From: Leptogorgia sarmentosa
Taxonomy: Eukaryota
Direction of reading: 5' to 3'
Length of the DNA stretch: 64,000 nucleotides
Assembly (NCBI GenBank): GCA_964658305.1
Contig: OZ210885.1
Span: forward strand, 18,600,001 to 18,664,000
In this document: one piece after another, positions 59,966 to 64,000 of the stretch
Layout of the letters: each line of letters begins with the position of its first letter
Position numbering within the stretch: position 1 is the stretch's first letter
The notes under the pieces: model-generated
What the model saw: the letters and a program-made list of their open reading frames with translations, nothing else
What the model was told of the DNA's origin: nothing
Database searches by the model: none
Made by a program: the position numbers and the translations under genes

Positions 59966-62900
59966 ATGACTCAACTCGCCGTACAACATGCACAGAGCCG
60001 CGTCACTCCCTCTGCAATCTAGAGGTCCACCTGTTCCTCTAGAAAAACTTAGGTTAGTTAGAGCCTCTAGACCTTTCGAGCACTTCCCTGCCCAAATTAT
60101 ATGCCACAAAAATGTGTTGCGTGTTTTGGTATGCATCAGTTGCCTTGCTAAGTTGCCAGTCGCGCAAATTGCCCTAGGTTTATCCCAACATATTAAGCTA
60201 CATTAATGGATGAGGCGATAAGCTCATTACTATTAAAATCTACGACAGAGCCAACCTATTTTGTACCTTCACTTTGCCTAACAAATGTAATGTCACTCGC
60301 TCCAAAAATTGATGAATTGCGTGTCTTCCTTCAACATGACAAAATTGATATTTGTTGCATCACGGAGACTTGGCTTAAAGATACAATAGACGATAATGTC
60401 ATAAATATTCAAAATTACCAATTATTGCGGAAAGATAGAGTACACGCCCAGCACGGTGGAGTAGCCCTTTATGTTAAAGATAATATTAAATCTGACAGAC
60501 TATATGAATATGAACATGCAAATAACCATATTGAAGTCCTTTGGTGCAAAATACGACCAAGCCGCCTTCCCCGAGGATCGTCAGAACTAATAGTAGGAGT
60601 GTTATACCATCCACCTTGCTCAGATGACGACCAAATGAAAGAGTATCTGATAGATACCTTATCCAATATTGAGAGTTCCCATCCAAACTGTGGCATCTTA
60701 CTAACAGGAGACTTCAACCATTTAGATGTAAATCAATTAACCAATCATTTCCGCCTTAAGCTGTTAGTCAACTTCGCCACTCGAGGGAATAATACGTTAG
60801 ATCTCATTTTAACAAACTGGAACGAGTATTACCTAAAACCGGTTAAACTCCCACCTTTCGGTCTATCCGATCACAGTACAATAGCAATCTATCCAAAAGA
60901 AAGACCCAAAGGTGTAAAACCCTTTAAAAAAATTTCCATTAGAGATATGCGCTGGAGTTCCAAGCAGGCTCTTGGTAGATACCTCACTAACATCAATTGG
61001 TCAATTATCGATACTCTCTAAAACACCGAAGAAAAGTGTCAGTTCTTTTATAATATCATACATCTCGGACTGGACACAATCATGCCTACGAAAACTATAA
61101 AAATCCATACTCAGGATGCCCCATGGATAAATGGCCATTTTAAATCACTTATGCAAAAACGCCAGAAAGCCCTTTGCCAAGGTTGTCTCACCAAGTTTAG
61201 ATTTTATCGAAATCGGGTTAATAGAGAAAGGAAACGTTTGAAGTCTGTATATTACCAAAAGAAGGTAGAAGATCTGAAGGATACTGAACCAAAGAAATGG
61301 TGGGCACAATGTAAAAAAATATGTGGAATGAATAAACCAACAAAAACAATAGCGAACTTGTTACTTTCTAACGACTCTCCATCCTACGAAGATAAATTCA
61401 ACTTAGCAAACAAGATTAATGCTGCCTTTCTCCTACCACAACAACAATACGTACCCCTTTCACAAACAAACAAAATAGATACTACTAATTTCGAACTGCC
61501 AGCAATAACTCCCAATACAGTGTTGAGGCAACTTAACCAGGTCTCTGCATCCAAGGCAAACGGTCCAGACAATATTCCGAATTGGATCCTAAAAGACTTC
61601 TCAGAAATTTTGGCAATACCTCTCTGCAACATAATAAACTCATTTGGAAATGCGCCGATGTTATACCAATACCGAAAAACAAATCGATAACTGATGTCAA
61701 CAACGATTTACGACCAATATTGTTAACGCCAACAGCCTCTAAAATAGCCGAAGCCTATGTGGTTAACGAACATGTCAAACCAGCTGTCCTTCAGCATATG
61801 GGTTGTGATCAATATGGTTGTATTCCCAACTCATCAACCACCCATGCCCTTATTAACCTGGTTCACAACTGGTCTCAAGCCACCGATGGTACTGGCGCTG
61901 ATGTAAGAGTCATAGCCTTTGATTATCGAAAGGCCTTCGATCTAATTGATCATAACATTCTTATATCGAAATTATCTAAATATAGCATTAATCCACATAT
62001 TGTGAACTGGATCGGTGACTTTCTAAACAACAGATCGCAGAGAGTCAAGTTGGCCAACGACTGTTTCTCCGAATGGAAATTAGTACCTGCTGGAGTGCCG
62101 CAAGGGACTAAACTGGGCCCCTGGCTTTTCCTAATAATGATTGAGGACCTAGAAATACCATCGTCGGACGGCCTGGTTAAATTTGTTGATGACACGACGG
62201 CGTACGAGATTATTCCTAGAGACCAAACCAGCTCAGCACAAAAGCTTGTAGATGAGGTTGTCACTTGGTCATCTGTAAACAAATTCCAACTACACCCAAA
62301 GAAGTGCAAAGAGATGAGAATATCATTTTCGAGATCAATCTCCGAATACGACGATCTTCTGATTGATTCAAACATTATCGAAACAGTTAATTCACTTAAA
62401 CTTCTTGGAGTAACACTCAGTAAAGATCTAAGATGGAATATACACATTGATTCAGTAATCAAAAAAACATCTAAAAGACTATATTTTATCTCCCAACTAA
62501 AACGTGCCAAAGTATTTCCTGAAGACCTGTCCAACTTTTATGTCGCGTGTATACGTTCTGTTCTTCTTTATGCTTCTCAAGTCTATCACTACAATCTGCC
62601 TGAGTACCTAAGTAAATCCTTAGAACAAATCCAAAAGCGGGCGATGAAGATTATTTATGGATACGATACTCCGTATAATTCCGCCCTTGAGCAAGCGGGA
62701 ATCAATAAACTCTCCGACTGCAGACAACATCTATGTGATAAGTTTTTTAATAATGTAATCACGAATCCTGCTGATCGACTCTATGACCTTGAACGAAAAC
62801 CAAACCAACTATCTCAGGAACTTAAGACCTTTTAGTATTCCAATATGTAAAACTAATCGATTTAAAAAATCGTTTTTAATATCTAGCTCTCTTCATTTTA

Positions 62901-63035
62901 ACAAAAACATTTCTAGCAACTCTAATTTGAAAAATTTTAAATAGCAGACTAGTAATTATCTTTGTAAATATTCTAATTCCTTAATAATTCAGCTTAATAG
63001 CTGCAAAAGGCCTTTCTTATTAAACAATCAATCAA
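59966..63035 (+). mobile_element. CR1/L2-group LINE, near-complete EN-RT ORF with a stop (61019) and a frameshift (~61640)
   Basis: EN motifs ITETWL, GGVALY, YHPP, GDFN, LDLIL, SDH; RT motifs DYRKAFD, PQGTKLGP, FVDD; (CAAT)n tail. Confidence 0.93.
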
Positions 63036-63775
63036 GATTATGATAAACGACGAAACCCAAGGGACGGTGAAAGGCGACATAATCGAGGTTACCACACAGG
63101 TAATCATGCTAGAAAATGTATCGTAGCGAGAAAGCTAAACGTCATCTAATGTTGGACCCTTGCTCGACTGGGTCATACATAACTGATAGCGCTGCTGAAG
63201 AGCTTCAGTTGAAAGGAGAGCGACAAAGCCTGACCATTTCAGGAACGGGTGGCACCAAGATACAGAAACAATCGAAACGTGTACAGTGTTCTGTGGGTTC
63301 CTTAAACAGCTTACTAATGTCCTTGATAATATTACAGGAAATACACTAGCAGTCGAATGGAGTACTCTGAAAAAGGATTGGCCCCATTTGACCTCAATTG
63401 CATTCGATCGAGTTTCCAGCCGTAAGCAAATCGACATGCTAATTGGAAGTGATCACCCTGCCTTCCACAAGGTTCTACGAGAAGTTAATGGCGAACACCC
63501 AAAAGACCCTATCGATCGACAAACACCCCTGGGGTAGGTGTACTTTGGTCCCACTTCCAAGAATGTTTTATCAATCAACACCCATGTCCACATATCCGCA
63601 CCTACCGAACTAGCCAGTTTGACGAGACGAATGAACTTTTGAGAAAATTCTGGGAACTTGATGCCATTGGGATTAAAGACAGTAGTATTCATGCAATGAC
63701 CAAGGACGAGACAAGAGCGATGGAAACAGCACAGTCAACTCAGGTATGCAAGAACGGTTGATAGGAGATTGGTAT
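63036..63775 (+). pseudogene. BEL/Pao protease-region fragment
   Basis: MLDPCSTGSYIT, WPHL, IDMLIGSD, TPLG. Confidence 0.75.
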
Positions 63776-64000
63776 TGTAGTGAACAAAGGCTATTGTCTT
63801 TAATATGTAAATTTTTACTCAAATATGTGTAATATAAAAGGCACGCTGTATTAGTGTGCTAATGTTAGTCTTGTTGTTGTTGAAGTGAAAATACAGATCA
63901 GTAAAACATAAGAGTCGTTTGAGTCTTGTCCTTAATACGAGGCCAAATTTATAACAGTATACCATGAAGAGGGAGAACTGGAATTTAAAAATAACTTCGA

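Noticed and set aside
63776..64000. Possible LTR beginning TGTAGTGAAC
   Set aside because: Cut off by the window edge; no partner, TSD or PBS can be verified.

Overview
This is AT-rich animal DNA, probably from a marine invertebrate such as a cnidarian (an inference from the mix of transposon families). It consists almost entirely of nested, mostly decayed transposable elements, and I found no intact host gene. Main components: (1) Helentron A (+, ~5.6-19.3 kb), with a 2A-like DIETNPGP motif, tandem herpes-tegument-type deubiquitinase (VTD) domains, a Pif1 helicase, an AP-type endonuclease and a downstream OB-fold/RPA-like gene. Its 5' part is duplicated in a near-identical 2435-bp tandem repeat, and its Rep core is replaced by a hAT-like element that itself contains a Tc1 derivative, a LINE and a MITE. 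(2) An L2-type LINE containing an antisense L2, which contains a full-span Gypsy element (LTRs, tRNA-Leu PBS, CTAC TSD). (3) BEL/Pao and ZBED-type hAT fragments. (4) A HECT E3-ligase pseudogene facing an integrase C-terminus, split by a solo LTR and by a 16.2-kb Academ transposon (TAG..CTA termini, GTA TSD). The Academ contains (5) near-intact Helentron B (-), with OB-OTU-repeat-Rep-Pif1-EN domains and one frameshift. (6) A third Helitron Rep fragment, BEL elements, a DIRS/Ngaro fragment and a CR1/L2-type LINE. The most notable signals are the 2A-like motif in front of a Helentron deubiquitinase, two Helentrons with unrelated deubiquitinases in the same position, and an OB-fold family present three times (standalone, fused, decayed). 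Family calls come from motifs read by eye; no searches were run.
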